Position numbers and translations under genes: made by a program
Shown: positions 1 through 9,111 of the stretch, piece by piece
Layout of the letters: every line of letters starts with the position of its first letter
Numbering within the stretch: the first letter of the stretch is position 1
Notes under the pieces: generated by a model
What the model was told of the DNA's origin: nothing
The model's database searches: none
Seen by the model: only the letters and a program-made list of their open reading frames with translations
Source: Prochlorococcaceae cyanobacterium
GTDB taxonomy: Bacteria > Cyanobacteriota > Cyanobacteriia > PCC-6307 > Cyanobiaceae
Assembly: GCA_049242845.1 (NCBI GenBank)
Contig: JBMLOS010000123.1
Coordinates: 1 to 54,242 of the forward strand
Direction: 5' to 3'
Length of the DNA stretch: 54,242 nt

Positions 1-376
1 TCTTCAGCCCCAGCCATTCGGGCGGGTTGTGGCTGGCGGTGATCACCAGGGCCCCGAGGGCCTGGCGTTCCACCACCGCCCAGCTGGAGGCCGGCGTGGG
101 GGTGGGGGAGTCGGAAAGCAGGGGCTCCAGCCCGGCACCGCGCACGGCGCTGCAGATCGCTTCGGCCAGCTCCGGGGCAAGGAAGCGGCGGTCGTAGCCG
201 ATCACCACCTCGCGGCTGTTCAGGTCGGGGGGCGCGGAACTGGCCAGTTCCCGTGCCGCCGCCGCCGCCACCGGCAGCAGGCGCTCCACGGTGATGTCCA
301 CACCGAGCACCCCTCGCCAGCCATCGGTGCCGAACACGATCGGACTGGCCTCCAGGGGCAGGGGGGCAGAGGCCAT
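1..376 (-). CDS. Phosphoglucomutase/phosphomannomutase family protein (5' part; runs off the window)
   Basis: Manual translation from ATG 376: MASAPLPLEASPIVFGTDGWRGVLG...GYDRRF...ITASHNPPEWLGLK. Contains the FGTDGWRG and catalytic TASHNP motifs. Absent from the ORF track because it is truncated. Confidence 0.95.
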   Translation of the reverse strand, partial: MASAPLPLEASPIVFGTDGWRGVLGVDITVERLLPVAAAAARELASSAPPDLNSREVVIGYDRRFLAPELAEAICSAVRGAGLEPLLSDSPTPTPASSWAVVERQALGALVITASHNPPEWLGLK

Positions 377-486
377 GGGGGCGGTGGCGGGGCGGCGGTC
401 GAACCGGTCGTAGCAGCCGGAGCCCTCGGCGGCGGGAAGGCAGGTGCCGGCCGGTGGGCAGGCCACTGCCTTCCTAGCCTGCGGCG

Positions 487-2031
487 ATGGCCCAGCGTTC
501 CGGCTCCGCGCCCCCCTCCGCCCCCCTCGCGGCCCCCCTCACCGACCGCCTGCTCCGGGGCTGGCTGCGCTGCCGCCGCCGCAGCTGGCTCGACCGGCAT
601 GGACCGGCGGAGGAACGGCTCTGGACCGCCCACCGCGCCCTGGCCCTGCAGGATCAGCTGCGCAGCTTCCAGACCCTGGTGCCCAGCCGGCCGGGCCACG
701 GCGAGGCGGCCTGTGCCCGCGGCGACGAGGGGGTGGTGGGCCTGCGGCTGCGCGGAAACGTGCCCGGCGGAGCCCTCGGCACCCTGGCGGTGGAGGCCCA
801 CCCGAGCCTGCTGCAGCGGGTGGAGGGCGACAGCCGCTGGGGGGCCTTCCGCTACCGGCCGGTGCTGGCGCGCCAGGGGCGACGGGTGACGCGGGAGCAC
901 CGCCTGGTGCTGGCCCTCTGGGGCCGCCTGCTGGCGGAGCACCAGCAGGCGGCCGTGCCCCACGGGCTGGTGGTGGCAGGCGAGGGGCGGCGCCTGGAGA
1001 TGGAGCGGCTGGCCCTCAGCAGCGGCCTGCAGCGCCAGCTCGACGACACCCTGCTGCGGCTGGCCCAGGAGCTTCGCCAGAGCCAGCCCCCTCCGCTGGT
1101 GAACGACCGCAAGAAATGCACCCTCTGCAGCTGGCGCGGCCTCTGCGACCGCGAAGCCGCCCGGGAGGGGCACCTCAGCGAGGTGAGCGGCATCGGCGGC
1201 AAGCGGCGCGAGCTGCTGCTGGGGCTCGGCATCGAGCGGCTGGCCGATCTGGCGGCCGCCGACCCGGAGCAGCTGGCCGATCAGCTGGAGGACCACGGCG
1301 AACAGCACCGGGAGGTGGCGGCCTCCCTGGTGGCCCAGGCGCGGGTGCAGGCCAGCGGCGAGCCGGAACGGCTCGATCCGGGCGAGGCCCTGCCGGAGCT
1401 GCGCCGCGCCGCCGGGGTGCTCCTCTACGACATCGAATCCGATCCCGACGCCCGCGACGACTTCCTGCACGGCTTCGTGGTGCTCTCCCGGGGCTCAGAC
1501 GGCTCCTGGCCGGAGGCCGACGGCAGCGCCTCTGGCCCGTACCGGGCCGTACTGGCTCTGCAGGAACACGGCGAGCCGAAGCTGTGGCGGCGCCTGCAGC
1601 GGCTGCTCGCCCGCTACCCCGACTGGCCCCTGCTGCACTACGGCGAAACCGAGGCCCTCTCCCTGGTGCGCCTGGCCCAGCGCCAGGGGGCCACGGAAGG
1701 CGAGGTGCTGCGGCTGCGGGCGCGCCTGGTGGACGTGCATGCCCGGCTGCGGCGCCACTGGCGCCTGCCGGTGAACAGCTACGGCCTCAAGGCCGTGGCC
1801 GCCTGGCGCGGCTTCCGCTGGAGCCAGAGCGGGGTGGACGGGGCCCGCTGCCTGCTGTGGTGGCGCCAGTGGCGGCAATGGCGCCAAGACCGCGAGCGGG
1901 GTCGCCACTGCCACCGCCAGCTGCAGCGGATCTTCCGCTACAACCGCGACGACAACCTCGCCACCTTGGCCGTGGCCCGCTGGCTGCTGAACCAGGACGA
2001 CGCGCAGCTGCACGACGAGCCAGGCGCCTGA
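487..2031 (+). CDS. TM0106 family RecB-like putative nuclease
   Basis: 514 aa with WLRCRRRSWLD N-terminus, CxxCxWxxxC cluster, HhH-like VSGIG, YDIESDP RNase H-like domain and YGLKAVA/YNRDD C-terminal motifs. Usual neighbour of pgm. Confidence 0.85.
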   Translation: MAQRSGSAPPSAPLAAPLTDRLLRGWLRCRRRSWLDRHGPAEERLWTAHRALALQDQLRSFQTLVPSRPGHGEAACARGDEGVVGLRLRGNVPGGALGTLAVEAHPSLLQRVEGDSRWGAFRYRPVLARQGRRVTREHRLVLALWGRLLAEHQQAAVPHGLVVAGEGRRLEMERLALSSGLQRQLDDTLLRLAQELRQSQPPPLVNDRKKCTLCSWRGLCDREAAREGHLSEVSGIGGKRRELLLGLGIERLADLAAADPEQLADQLEDHGEQHREVAASLVAQARVQASGEPERLDPGEALPELRRAAGVLLYDIESDPDARDDFLHGFVVLSRGSDGSWPEADGSASGPYRAVLALQEHGEPKLWRRLQRLLARYPDWPLLHYGETEALSLVRLAQRQGATEGEVLRLRARLVDVHARLRRHWRLPVNSYGLKAVAAWRGFRWSQSGVDGARCLLWWRQWRQWRQDRERGRHCHRQLQRIFRYNRDDNLATLAVARWLLNQDDAQLHDEPGA

Positions 2032-2051
2032 GGCGCCGGCCGGGTGAGCGC

Positions 2052-3038
2052 TCAGGAGCGGGCGGCGGAGCCCGCCCCCACCGGCGGCGCCACGAAGGCC
2101 TCCGGGATGGAGAGGGCCAGGGGGACGGCCGCCACTCCCTCCTCCGCCGGCAGCAGTTCCGGCAGCTCGAGGCAGGCGCGCCGCACCAGCGCCAGGCCGA
2201 TGTGGCCGCTGTGTCCCGGCAGGGCCAGCACCGAGGTGATCAGGCCGGCCCGGGTGCCGTCCGGGGCCTGGAGCCGCCCACCGGCAGCGGGCGGGGCACC
2301 CGCGGCGGCGGGGCGATACCAGCGCCGCAGCTGCTGCTTGACGCCGTCGTAGGTGGCGAGCTTGGCCAGGGTCTCCTGGCCCACGTAGCAGCCCTTCGAG
2401 AGGCTCACCCGGTTCGCCAGGCCCAGCTCGAAGGGATTGGTGTCGTCGTTGAGCTCGGCGGGGGCGGCCGGCAGCCCCCGCTGGATGCGCCAGCGCTCCG
2501 CCTCCTCCGGAAGGAACGCCGGCTGGGCGAGGGAAGCGGGCAGACCTGCCGTACCACCGGGAGGCAGGGGCTCGGGTCCCAGCACCAGCAGCCGCTCCTC
2601 CCCCAGCAGCCAGGCCTGCCCGGGCGCCGCCTCCAGCTCCTGCCAGGTGCCGCCCTCCGGCTCGGGGCCTGCCTCGGCCGCAGCGGCCGGAGCGGTGGTG
2701 CTCAGCCAGCCGCTCTGCAGCACCCCCAGGCTCACCCGGTCCGCCGGGAAGAGCACCCGGTCGAAGGCGGCACGCACCGCCTCCGGATCCCCCGCCGTGA
2801 TCGCCAGCCAGGCTCCGCCGGCATCCACCAACACCTCCGCCAGGGCCCGCATGCGGCCCGTGGGCGTGATGCAGCAGGTGCGCGCCCAGGTGCCGGGCGC
2901 GGCCTGGGCGAGGGCCTGGCTGGTCTGGCCGTGCAGGAAGGTCCGGGTGTCCGGGCCCTCGAGCCGCAGCAGCCCCACCGGCTGCTGCAGGAGGCCCGGC
3001 ACGGTCGGGAACTCCCCCCAGATCGTGGCGCCGCTCAT
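2052..3038 (-). CDS. ygfZ: YgfZ/GcvT-family folate-binding protein
   Basis: KGCYVGQE signature and [14 protein letters not shown]-terminal motif; 4-nt overlap with the pyrE stop. Confidence 0.9.
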   Translation of the reverse strand: MSGATIWGEFPTVPGLLQQPVGLLRLEGPDTRTFLHGQTSQALAQAAPGTWARTCCITPTGRMRALAEVLVDAGGAWLAITAGDPEAVRAAFDRVLFPADRVSLGVLQSGWLSTTAPAAAAEAGPEPEGGTWQELEAAPGQAWLLGEERLLVLGPEPLPPGGTAGLPASLAQPAFLPEEAERWRIQRGLPAAPAELNDDTNPFELGLANRVSLSKGCYVGQETLAKLATYDGVKQQLRRWYRPAAAGAPPAAGGRLQAPDGTRAGLITSVLALPGHSGHIGLALVRRACLELPELLPAEEGVAAVPLALSIPEAFVAPPVGAGSAARS

Positions 3039-3670
3039 GACGCCACCCCGGCGGCGGCGCAGGCGGCCACCTCCTCCAGCAGAAAGAGGCTGCGCAGCTC
3101 GAGCCCCTCGGCGGTCATCGCTTCGAGGCCGCCCTCCTGGCGGTCCACGATCGCCACCACACGGTCCACCAGGTAGCCGGCCTCACGCAACTGACGCACC
3201 GCCTTGAGGGAGGAGCCGCCGGTGGTGACCACGTCTTCCAGCACGGTGATGCGGGCCCCGGCGGGCGGCAGGGGGCCCTCCAGCCAGGCGCCGGTGCCGT
3301 GCCCCTTGGCTTCCTTGCGCACGATCAGGGCATCGAGCAGGCGGCCGCCCTGGGCAGCCCGCAGGGCCACCGCACTCACCAGCGGATCGGCACCGAGGGT
3401 GAGACCGGCCACCGCCGCCGCCTCGGGCTCCACCTCCTCGAGCAGCAGCGCGCCGAGCAGCGCCAGGCCCACCCCGGCGAGGCTCACGGGCTTGCAGTTC
3501 ACGTAGTGGTGGCTGGTGCGTCCGGAAGCCAGGGTGAAATTGCCGTGGCGGTAGGCGCGCTCAGCCAGCAGCGGCAGCAGGGCCTGGCGCTGCTCCGCCG
3601 CCGAACCACCGAGCGCAGCCAGGGCACGGGCATCGGCCGGAGCGGGAACGGGGCGGGGCGGGGCGGGCAT
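3035..3670 (-). CDS. pyrE: Orotate phosphoribosyltransferase
   Basis: [27 protein letters not shown] and PRPP-binding [11 protein letters not shown] motifs. Confidence 0.97.
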   Translation of the reverse strand: MPAPPRPVPAPADARALAALGGSAAEQRQALLPLLAERAYRHGNFTLASGRTSHHYVNCKPVSLAGVGLALLGALLLEEVEPEAAAVAGLTLGADPLVSAVALRAAQGGRLLDALIVRKEAKGHGTGAWLEGPLPPAGARITVLEDVVTTGGSSLKAVRQLREAGYLVDRVVAIVDRQEGGLEAMTAEGLELRSLFLLEEVAACAAAGVAS

Positions 3671-3765
3671 CGGTTGCGCAGGTGGCTGACGAGGGCTGGT
3701 GGGAGAGCCCGAACCTGCCTAGTTTGCGTGCAGCACTGGCAGCACCGGCGGAAGCCGGCAGATTC

Positions 3766-4326
3766 ATGGAACGCAGGGAACGGCCGCGGTGGGCGGTGGG
3801 CGCAGGAGCGGCCCTGCTCTCGGCCCTTTCCGCGGGCCTCGGCGGCATCGCCCCGGCGGCCGCCGGGCCCGTGGTGTGCACCACCACCCTGGAGGCCCCG
3901 CTGGCGGGCAGCGGCCCGGGGGGCATGAACGCCGCCGGCCCGGTGGAGGTGACCCGCTGCGCCGTGGTGCAGCCCACTGCGGATCTGGTGCAGGAGCGCT
4001 TCTTCACCTACACCCCCACCTTCGCGCGCAGCATCGACGTCACCCACCAGATCACCAGCCTGCTCGGGATCTCCATGGGCGGACCCGACGGCACCAAGGT
4101 GATGGGCCTGGGCTTCCCGGATCAGACGATCGTGTGGGATGCCACGGCGCTCAACAACACCTACACCGAGCTGCTGAACCAGCAGAGCAGCCCCCTCTAC
4201 TGGCGCACCGACGACATCCCGAACGGTTATTCCTCCAGCCTCGGCACCGGGGGCGGCGCCACGATGCCGGTGGCCCGCGAGGTGGATCCGGTATGGTCAC
4301 CGCCGCCGATCCGTGGCCTCTGGTGA
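3766..4326 (+). CDS. Conserved picocyanobacterial secreted/membrane hypothetical protein (often auto-annotated Occludin/ELL family)
   Basis: ATG 3766 (alternative GTG 3682); signal-like N-terminus, then GPVVCTTTLEAP and GFPDQTIVWD motifs; strong GC3 bias. Confidence 0.7.
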   Translation: MERRERPRWAVGAGAALLSALSAGLGGIAPAAAGPVVCTTTLEAPLAGSGPGGMNAAGPVEVTRCAVVQPTADLVQERFFTYTPTFARSIDVTHQITSLLGISMGGPDGTKVMGLGFPDQTIVWDATALNNTYTELLNQQSSPLYWRTDDIPNGYSSSLGTGGGATMPVAREVDPVWSPPPIRGLW

Positions 4327-4348
4327 ACCCGGAAGCCCGGTGGGGCGT

Positions 4349-4421
4349 GGGGGTCTAGCAATCTGGTGAATGCAGCGGACTCATAATCCGCCTAAGGCGA
4401 GTTCGATCCTCGCGACCCCCA
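4349..4421 (+). tRNA. tRNA with CAT anticodon (probably tRNA-Ile2, lysidine-modified; elongator Met not excluded)
   Basis: Acceptor stem GGGGGTC/GACCCCC, D arm GCA..TGC, anticodon arm GCGGA-CTCATAA-TCCGC, T arm GCGAG-TTCGATC-CTCGC; discriminator A, no encoded CCA. Confidence 0.93.
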
Positions 4422-4688
4422 TCGAGTCACAGCAAGAAGGATGATGAGGGGGAAGTCCCTGCGGGGCAGTGCCCCCGCCCAGGCATGCGCGGCAGTGAAG
4501 GGGCACCGCAAAGCCCACGCAGATCCTGAGGAGGCCAGGCTGATCCACCGGGTGGTCGTCCACGGGCGCTAGGCCCCCGGCGGTCTGGAGAGAGGGAATC
4601 CGCCCGAGAGCCACAGGTGGCAGGGGACAGGGCCCGATCAAGCGGTAGCGACCCATTCCTGCCTGGGTTGGCCTGAGCCACACCCGAG

Positions 4689-6074
4689 ATGGGGGCCTCA
4701 ATCTGGAAGCCCTATTTTGGGGGCTCTTCCAGGACGACTCCCTCCTTGGCGCCGGACATCCTGATCATCCTGCTGTTGATCGTGGCCAACGGCCTGTTCT
4801 CGGGAGCGGAAATTGCGATCATCTCCGCCCGGCGCCATCGCCTGGAGCAACTCTCCCAGAAGGGAAACCGTTCGGCTGTGGTGGCGCTCCGGCTGGCAGA
4901 TTCGCCGAATCAGTTCCTGTCCACCGTACAAATCGGGATCACCCTGATTGGCATCCTGAGCGGTGCTGTTGGTGGAGCCACCGTGGCCAGACAGCTTGAT
5001 TCCCTGCTGGAGCGCCTACCCCTCCTGGCGCCCTACAGCGAGGGGCTGAGCATTGCCCTGGTTGTGGCTGTGATCACGTTCCTTTCGGTGGTGGTCGGCG
5101 AGTTGGTGCCCAAAAGACTGGCCCTGGCCCATCCCGAGCAACTGGCCTGTGCCATGGCCCCCAGCATGCGTTGGCTGTCGCGGGCGAGTGGGCCTGTGGT
5201 GCATCTGCTGAGCCATTCAACCGAAGTGCTTCTCAGGCTGTTGGGGGCCCCCACGAGCAGCGAACCCGACATCACCGAGGACGAAATCAAGGCGATGATC
5301 CGTCAAGGGGCTGACTCCGGGGTGTTTGAGGAGGTGGAGCACGACATGGTGCAGCGTGTGCTGCGCCTCGGCGATCGCACGATCAAGACTCTGATGACCC
5401 CCCGCACGGAGATCTGCTGGCTCGATCTGGAGGAATCGCTGGAAACATCCTTGCAGGACATTCTCGACAGCACCCATTCGCGCTTTCCTGTGGGCAGAGG
5501 CAGCCTCGACGACTGTGTGGGGGTTGTTCGGGTTCGAAATCTGCTTTCCGCCAAGATCACAGGCCAGCCGATCGATCTGGAAGAGCTGTTGCAGCCTCCT
5601 CTTTTTGTGGCCGAGAGCACCCGGGCGCTTTCGGTGCTCGAACACTTCAAACGCAGTGGCATTCACATTGCTCTGGTCACCGATGAGTTCGGTGGGGTCG
5701 AGGGACTCGTCACCCTCAATGACCTGATGGAGGGCATCGTCGGGGATCTTCCCTCCGTGGACGATGAGAACGGCCCCTTGGTGGTGACCCGCGAGGACGG
5801 ATCTCTGCTGGTGGATGGGGGTCTTGACCTCGACGCGTTTGCGGAGCTCATCGACCAGGACATCTTCGGCCTCGATCAGGAGGGTCGCTATCACACCCTT
5901 GCAGGCTTCGTGATGCACGTGCTGGAGCGCATCCCCAGGGAAGCCGACCATTTCGAATGGAAGGGATACCGATTCGAGGTGGTGGACATGGATGGCAATC
6001 GCGTCGACAAACTCATGGTCTCGCAGATCGCCCAGCCCCAGCCCGCCAACCCCGGAGCTGAATCCGAGAGCTGA
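4689..6074 (+). CDS. Hemolysin-family (HlyC/CorC; CNNM-CBS-CorC) membrane protein
   Basis: NGLFSGAEIA, FLSTVQIGIT, GELVPK, MTPRTEI, HSRFPV, DEFGGVEGLVT and TLAGF motifs. True start may be TTG 4746. More A/T-ending codons than backbone genes. Confidence 0.92.
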   Translation: MGASIWKPYFGGSSRTTPSLAPDILIILLLIVANGLFSGAEIAIISARRHRLEQLSQKGNRSAVVALRLADSPNQFLSTVQIGITLIGILSGAVGGATVARQLDSLLERLPLLAPYSEGLSIALVVAVITFLSVVVGELVPKRLALAHPEQLACAMAPSMRWLSRASGPVVHLLSHSTEVLLRLLGAPTSSEPDITEDEIKAMIRQGADSGVFEEVEHDMVQRVLRLGDRTIKTLMTPRTEICWLDLEESLETSLQDILDSTHSRFPVGRGSLDDCVGVVRVRNLLSAKITGQPIDLEELLQPPLFVAESTRALSVLEHFKRSGIHIALVTDEFGGVEGLVTLNDLMEGIVGDLPSVDDENGPLVVTREDGSLLVDGGLDLDAFAELIDQDIFGLDQEGRYHTLAGFVMHVLERIPREADHFEWKGYRFEVVDMDGNRVDKLMVSQIAQPQPANPGAESES

Positions 6075-6300
6075 TTCCAAGGGATGTTCATCCCGGGGCG
6101 ATCAGAGGAGTGATGCCATGCCCCGCCGATGGCGGCTTCGTTCCGGATCATCGACAAGGAGGAGGCTCAGCGCATCTGCTGGCCGGTTTCCTTCGCCGCA
6201 GGGATCAGCGGCCCCTTCGGAACGCAGGACGGGGCGGCACCGGCATAATCATGAACCTGGCCCGCCCTTCCTTGCCAAGCCACCCGCCGCAGATCCATCG

Positions 6301-6978
6301 GTGGACGAACCCACGGCCCGCCATCGCCTGACCGATCTGCTGGCCCTCGTGGAGCACCAGCTCCTGCCGGGACTGGTGCTCCGAAGTGTGGATCCCCACG
6401 ATCCGGTGCGGGTGGCGCGCCTGCCGGAGCCCTGGTGTCTGATCGGCTGCGGCAACTACGCCGCCGTGCTGCTGCACCCGGAGCATGCCGGGATGGTGGT
6501 GAAGATCTACGCACCGGGCCGGCCGGGGATCGAGCAGGAGGCGGAGGTGTACCGGCGGATCGGGGAACATCCCGCCTTCTCGCGCTGCTTTCACGCGGGC
6601 GAGAGCTATCTGGTGCTGCGGCGCCTGCGGGGCATCACCCTGTACGACTGTCTGCGCACCGGGGTGCTCATCCCACCCCAGGCGATCCAGGACATCGACG
6701 CGGCCCTCGCCTATGCGGTGAGCCGCGGACTCCATGGCCACGATGTGCACGGCCGCAACGTGATGCTGCATCAGGGGCGGGGCCTGATCGTGGACATCTC
6801 GGACTTCCTCAACCCGGATCCCTGCCGGGCCTGGCGCGACCTGCGCTGGGCCTATCACCGCCTGTATCGCCCCCTGATCGCCCCGCTGCGCCTGCGGGCC
6901 CCGGCCGCCATGCTGGATGGGGTGCGTAAGGGCTACCGCCTGTTCCGGCGTGTGGTGCGGCGCGAGCGCAGCCGCTGA
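6301..6978 (+). CDS. Small atypical Ser/Thr protein kinase-like protein
   Basis: GTG 6301 start; Gly loop IGCGNYAAV, VVKIY lysine, alphaC EQEAEVY, catalytic HDVHGRNV, and DIS in place of DFG. Confidence 0.8.
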   Translation: MDEPTARHRLTDLLALVEHQLLPGLVLRSVDPHDPVRVARLPEPWCLIGCGNYAAVLLHPEHAGMVVKIYAPGRPGIEQEAEVYRRIGEHPAFSRCFHAGESYLVLRRLRGITLYDCLRTGVLIPPQAIQDIDAALAYAVSRGLHGHDVHGRNVMLHQGRGLIVDISDFLNPDPCRAWRDLRWAYHRLYRPLIAPLRLRAPAAMLDGVRKGYRLFRRVVRRERSR

Positions 6979-7118
6979 ACCGGGGAGACCCGAGCCGAGC
7001 CTCCCCGGGCAGCCGCTGGGAGGGGGAAGCAGCCAGGCTCCAGCGGTGGAGCCACCCGAGTGCCCACCTCCAGCGTGGATGAATACTCTGCCATTGAGGC
7101 TCAGGACATCCTTCGGGC

Positions 7119-7826
7119 ATGGTCTTTGATGTGAACCCCGCTCACCCTGCCACGGTGCTGCTGGTGGAGGATCGCGCCCTGCTGGAACGGGTGTCCGTGC
7201 GATCCCTCAACCGGTATGGATTTGCGGTGATTTCTTCCTCCAGTGCAGAGGAGGCACTGGCCACGATCCGGAACGACACCGCCATCGACATCGTGCTGAT
7301 GGACATCGACCTGGGCCTTGGCATGAACGGGCTGGAAGCCGCCCGGAGGATCCGGAGCCTTTCCGATGTGCCCATCCTCTTCCACAGCTCCCGGGAAGAC
7401 AGGGAGAGCCTCCACTTCACCCTGCTGGGCCCCGCCGTGGACCTGGCCCTCTCCACCCATCACGCCTTCGAGCTCTACAAGCTCACCCGCGAGTACGAGA
7501 AGAACCGGCTGGTCCATGGGGAGCAGGCCCTGGCGGTGTGCGCCCTGTGCGATACGAATCTGAGGTACACCTGGATCAATGATCCCCATCCGGATTTCTC
7601 CGTTGAGGGGTACCTCGGCAAGACCGACCTGGAGATCAGTGCCAATCCAGGCATGCTGGAGCTTTACGCCCTCAAGCAGGAAGCACTCACCACCGGCAGG
7701 ACAACAGAGAAAGACATCCTTTTCCCCCTACAGAACACCCATCTCCTTTATCACGTGTCTGCCGCACCGATGCACGACCTCCTCGGCGAGCTCCTTGGCG
7801 GGAAGACCATCTCCTTCGCGATCTAA
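7119..7826 (+). CDS. Response-regulator receiver + PAS-like domain protein (degenerate)
   Basis: VLLVED, IVLMDIDLG (phosphoacceptor D) and NGLEAARRIR..VPILF; C-terminal DTNLRYTWIN...LGKTDLEI PAS_4-like segment; lower GC; TAA stop. Confidence 0.8.
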   Translation: MVFDVNPAHPATVLLVEDRALLERVSVRSLNRYGFAVISSSSAEEALATIRNDTAIDIVLMDIDLGLGMNGLEAARRIRSLSDVPILFHSSREDRESLHFTLLGPAVDLALSTHHAFELYKLTREYEKNRLVHGEQALAVCALCDTNLRYTWINDPHPDFSVEGYLGKTDLEISANPGMLELYALKQEALTTGRTTEKDILFPLQNTHLLYHVSAAPMHDLLGELLGGKTISFAI

Positions 7827-7879
7827 CCGTTCTGGGTGCGCAGATTGTCCCGGGCCAGGGGATAACGCGCGAGGCCCGC

Positions 7880-8563
7880 TCAGCGCTGCAGCAGGGCCCC
7901 GAGCGGCACCGCCAGCAGCGCCACCGCCAGGGCCGCCAGGGCCATCGCCACCGAGGCAGCCGCTCCGGTGAGATCCCCTTCCCGCAGGGCCTGGGCCGTG
8001 CCCTGGCCGCTGGAGATCGTGCCCAGGGCCAGGCCCCGGGCCAGGGGGGCGCGGATGCGCAGCCGGGTGAGCAGGTCCGGCCCCACCACCGTGCCCAGCA
8101 GGGCCGAGGCCACCACGATCCCCGCCACCACGGGGGGATCGGCCCCCACGTCTGTGGCCAGGGCGATCGCCACCGGCGCCGTGGCGCTCTTCAGCCCCAG
8201 CGCTCCCTGCAGCGGCTCGTCCAGGCCCAGCAGGCGGGCCATGCCCACCGCGGAGAGCATCGCCACGGCGGTGCCGCCCAGCACGGCGCCCGCCACCCGG
8301 GCGCCGTGGTCGATCAGCACCTGCCGGTGGCGGTGGAGGGGAACCGCCAGGGCCACGGTGGCGGGTCCGAGCCACCAGGCGATGGCATCGCTCGCCGGCC
8401 GGTAGCCCTCCAGCCCGAGGCCGCTCCCCAGGATCACCAGCATCACCACGGGCGTGCTCAGCAGCACCGGCACCGTGAGCGGGGAGGGGAAACGCCGCCC
8501 GATCCAGCGGCTGAGGGCATAGGCCGCCAGGGTCACGCCCAGGCCGAACAGCAGGGAGATCAC
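7880..8563 (-). CDS. lrgB: LrgB/CidB family membrane protein
   Basis: GTG 8563; LGPATVALAVPL, KSATAPVA and ARGLALGTISSGQGTA LrgB motifs; overlaps the cidA stop by 4 nt. Confidence 0.9.
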   Translation of the reverse strand: MISLLFGLGVTLAAYALSRWIGRRFPSPLTVPVLLSTPVVMLVILGSGLGLEGYRPASDAIAWWLGPATVALAVPLHRHRQVLIDHGARVAGAVLGGTAVAMLSAVGMARLLGLDEPLQGALGLKSATAPVAIALATDVGADPPVVAGIVVASALLGTVVGPDLLTRLRIRAPLARGLALGTISSGQGTAQALREGDLTGAAASVAMALAALAVALLAVPLGALLQR

Positions 8564-9018
8564 GGCGGGGGAAGCGGCTGCGGAGTGATCCGCTGCGGAG
8601 TGAGCGGCTGCGGTGGTGCCGTGCCCCAGGCCGCGATCCAGCCCGCGGCGGCGATGCCCGCCGTGGTGCTCACCGCGATCACCAGCAGCAGAGCCAGGCC
8701 ATGGGCGCGCAGCAGGCCCCCGTAGGCCAGCAGCCCCACGGCGATCGGCACGAATAAGAAGGCCAGATGGCGGTTGAACAGCCCTGCCGCCCCGGCGACC
8801 CAGGCCTCGCGCACGAGCCCCGTGGCCAGCAGAACGCTCAGCAGCAGCATGCCCACCAGGTTGGAGGGCAGGGGCAGCGGCAGATGGCGCGCCAGCAGCT
8901 GGGCCAGTTGGTCGATGCCCACCAGGGCGGCCGCCTGGAGCGCCAGGCTGGCCGTGCCTGCCAGAAGCCTCTCCGCCCCGGCGTTCCTGGCAACCGCACG
9001 TCCCGGAGGGCTGGGCAT
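8560..9018 (-). CDS. cidA: CidA/LrgA family holin-like membrane protein
   Basis: ATG 9018; LPLPSNLVGMLLL and HLAFLFVPIAVGL motifs. Confidence 0.88.
   Translation of the reverse strand: MPSPPGRAVARNAGAERLLAGTASLALQAAALVGIDQLAQLLARHLPLPLPSNLVGMLLLSVLLATGLVREAWVAGAAGLFNRHLAFLFVPIAVGLLAYGGLLRAHGLALLLVIAVSTTAGIAAAGWIAAWGTAPPQPLTPQRITPQPLPPP
8575..8612. repeat. Imperfect 15-bp tandem repeat (core gctgcggagtga) encoding PQPLT/PQRIT/PQPLP in the CidA tail
   Basis: gcggctgcggagtgatccgctgcggagtgagcggctgcgg read directly from the sequence. Confidence 0.6.
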
Positions 9019-9111
9019 GGTTTGGCTGGGCGGGGACGCCCCACAGACCACCAGTCTGCCGCCGGGGGAAAAACGGCGCCGGTACGATCCAAGCCACCAG
9101 CGGATGGGTGG

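Noticed and set aside
4422-4688. Possible riboswitch before the CorC gene (TCTGGAGAGA resembles a glycine aptamer start)
   Set aside because: The required GCCGAAG and ACTCTCAGG elements are absent, no yybP or fluoride consensus is seen, and the hairpins are short and expected at this GC.
5371-5378. HIP1 octamer GCGATCGC (also 8163, 9927 and a few others)
   Set aside because: Scattered occurrences; enrichment cannot be claimed without a count against a Markov background.
6129-6248. 39-aa ORF MAASFRIIDKEEAQRICWP...
   Set aside because: Short, no recognisable motif or convincing RBS; cannot be supported without conservation data.
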